The notes beneath the pieces are model-generated. The model was not told the origin of the DNA. It ran no database searches and was given only the letters and a program-made list of their open reading frames with translations. The position numbers and the translations under genes were made by a program. This document shows, piece after piece, positions 63,901-64,000 of a stretch of DNA of 64,000 nucleotides (positions within the stretch are counted from its first letter, which is position 1; each line of letters begins with the position of its first letter). The stretch spans positions 928,001-992,000 of the forward strand of contig CAVYRW010000004.1 in the NCBI GenBank assembly GCA_963771045.1. The letters run 5' to 3'. The DNA is from Waddliaceae bacterium (lineage in GTDB: Bacteria > Chlamydiota > Chlamydiia > Chlamydiales > SLFE01).

Positions 63901-64000
63901 ATGATGAGAGTATTGTTTGTTTGCCTCGGGAACATTTGCCGCTCGCCCGCAGGAGAGGCAATTTTGAGGCACCTTATCGGAAAAGAAGGCCTCGCGGGAA
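63901..64000 (+). CDS. low-molecular-weight protein tyrosine phosphatase (cut by the window end)
   Basis: MMRVLFVCLGNICRSPAGEA P-loop motif. Confidence 0.88.
   Translation, partial: MMRVLFVCLGNICRSPAGEAILRHLIGKEGLAG

Overview
This window is chromosomal DNA from a member of the Chlamydiae, probably an environmental (Parachlamydiales-type) lineage. That placement rests on a chlamydial-type 16S 5' end, a PVC signature small basic protein, Pkn1, DacA/YbbR and a Chlamydia-like gene order. It holds one 16S-23S-5S rRNA operon with no spacer tRNAs, housekeeping genes (rplM, rpsI, miaA, miaB, fabF, nadD, rsfS, rny, ybeY, holA, rsmE), gdhA, a type III glnA, and a classical menFDHBACE menaquinone operon converging on ubiE/menG. 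Mobile DNA comprises an internally deleted IS66 with intact ends and target duplication, an IS5/IS903-type pseudogene, an IS982-like remnant, an in-frame IS1 and several long palindromic MITE-like elements, one of which appears to supply the C-terminus of MiaB. The most unusual candidates are (1) a 779-aa fusion of a flavin hydroxylase, an FNR-type reductase and a 2Fe-2S ferredoxin, encoded just upstream of an NqrM-like Cys-rich membrane protein and menG, and (2) a 943-aa AT-rich protein with a 36-aa helical repeat array that includes three identical 108-bp units. All calls come from reading motifs by eye. No searches were run, and comparisons to C. trachomatis locus numbers are from memory and need checking.
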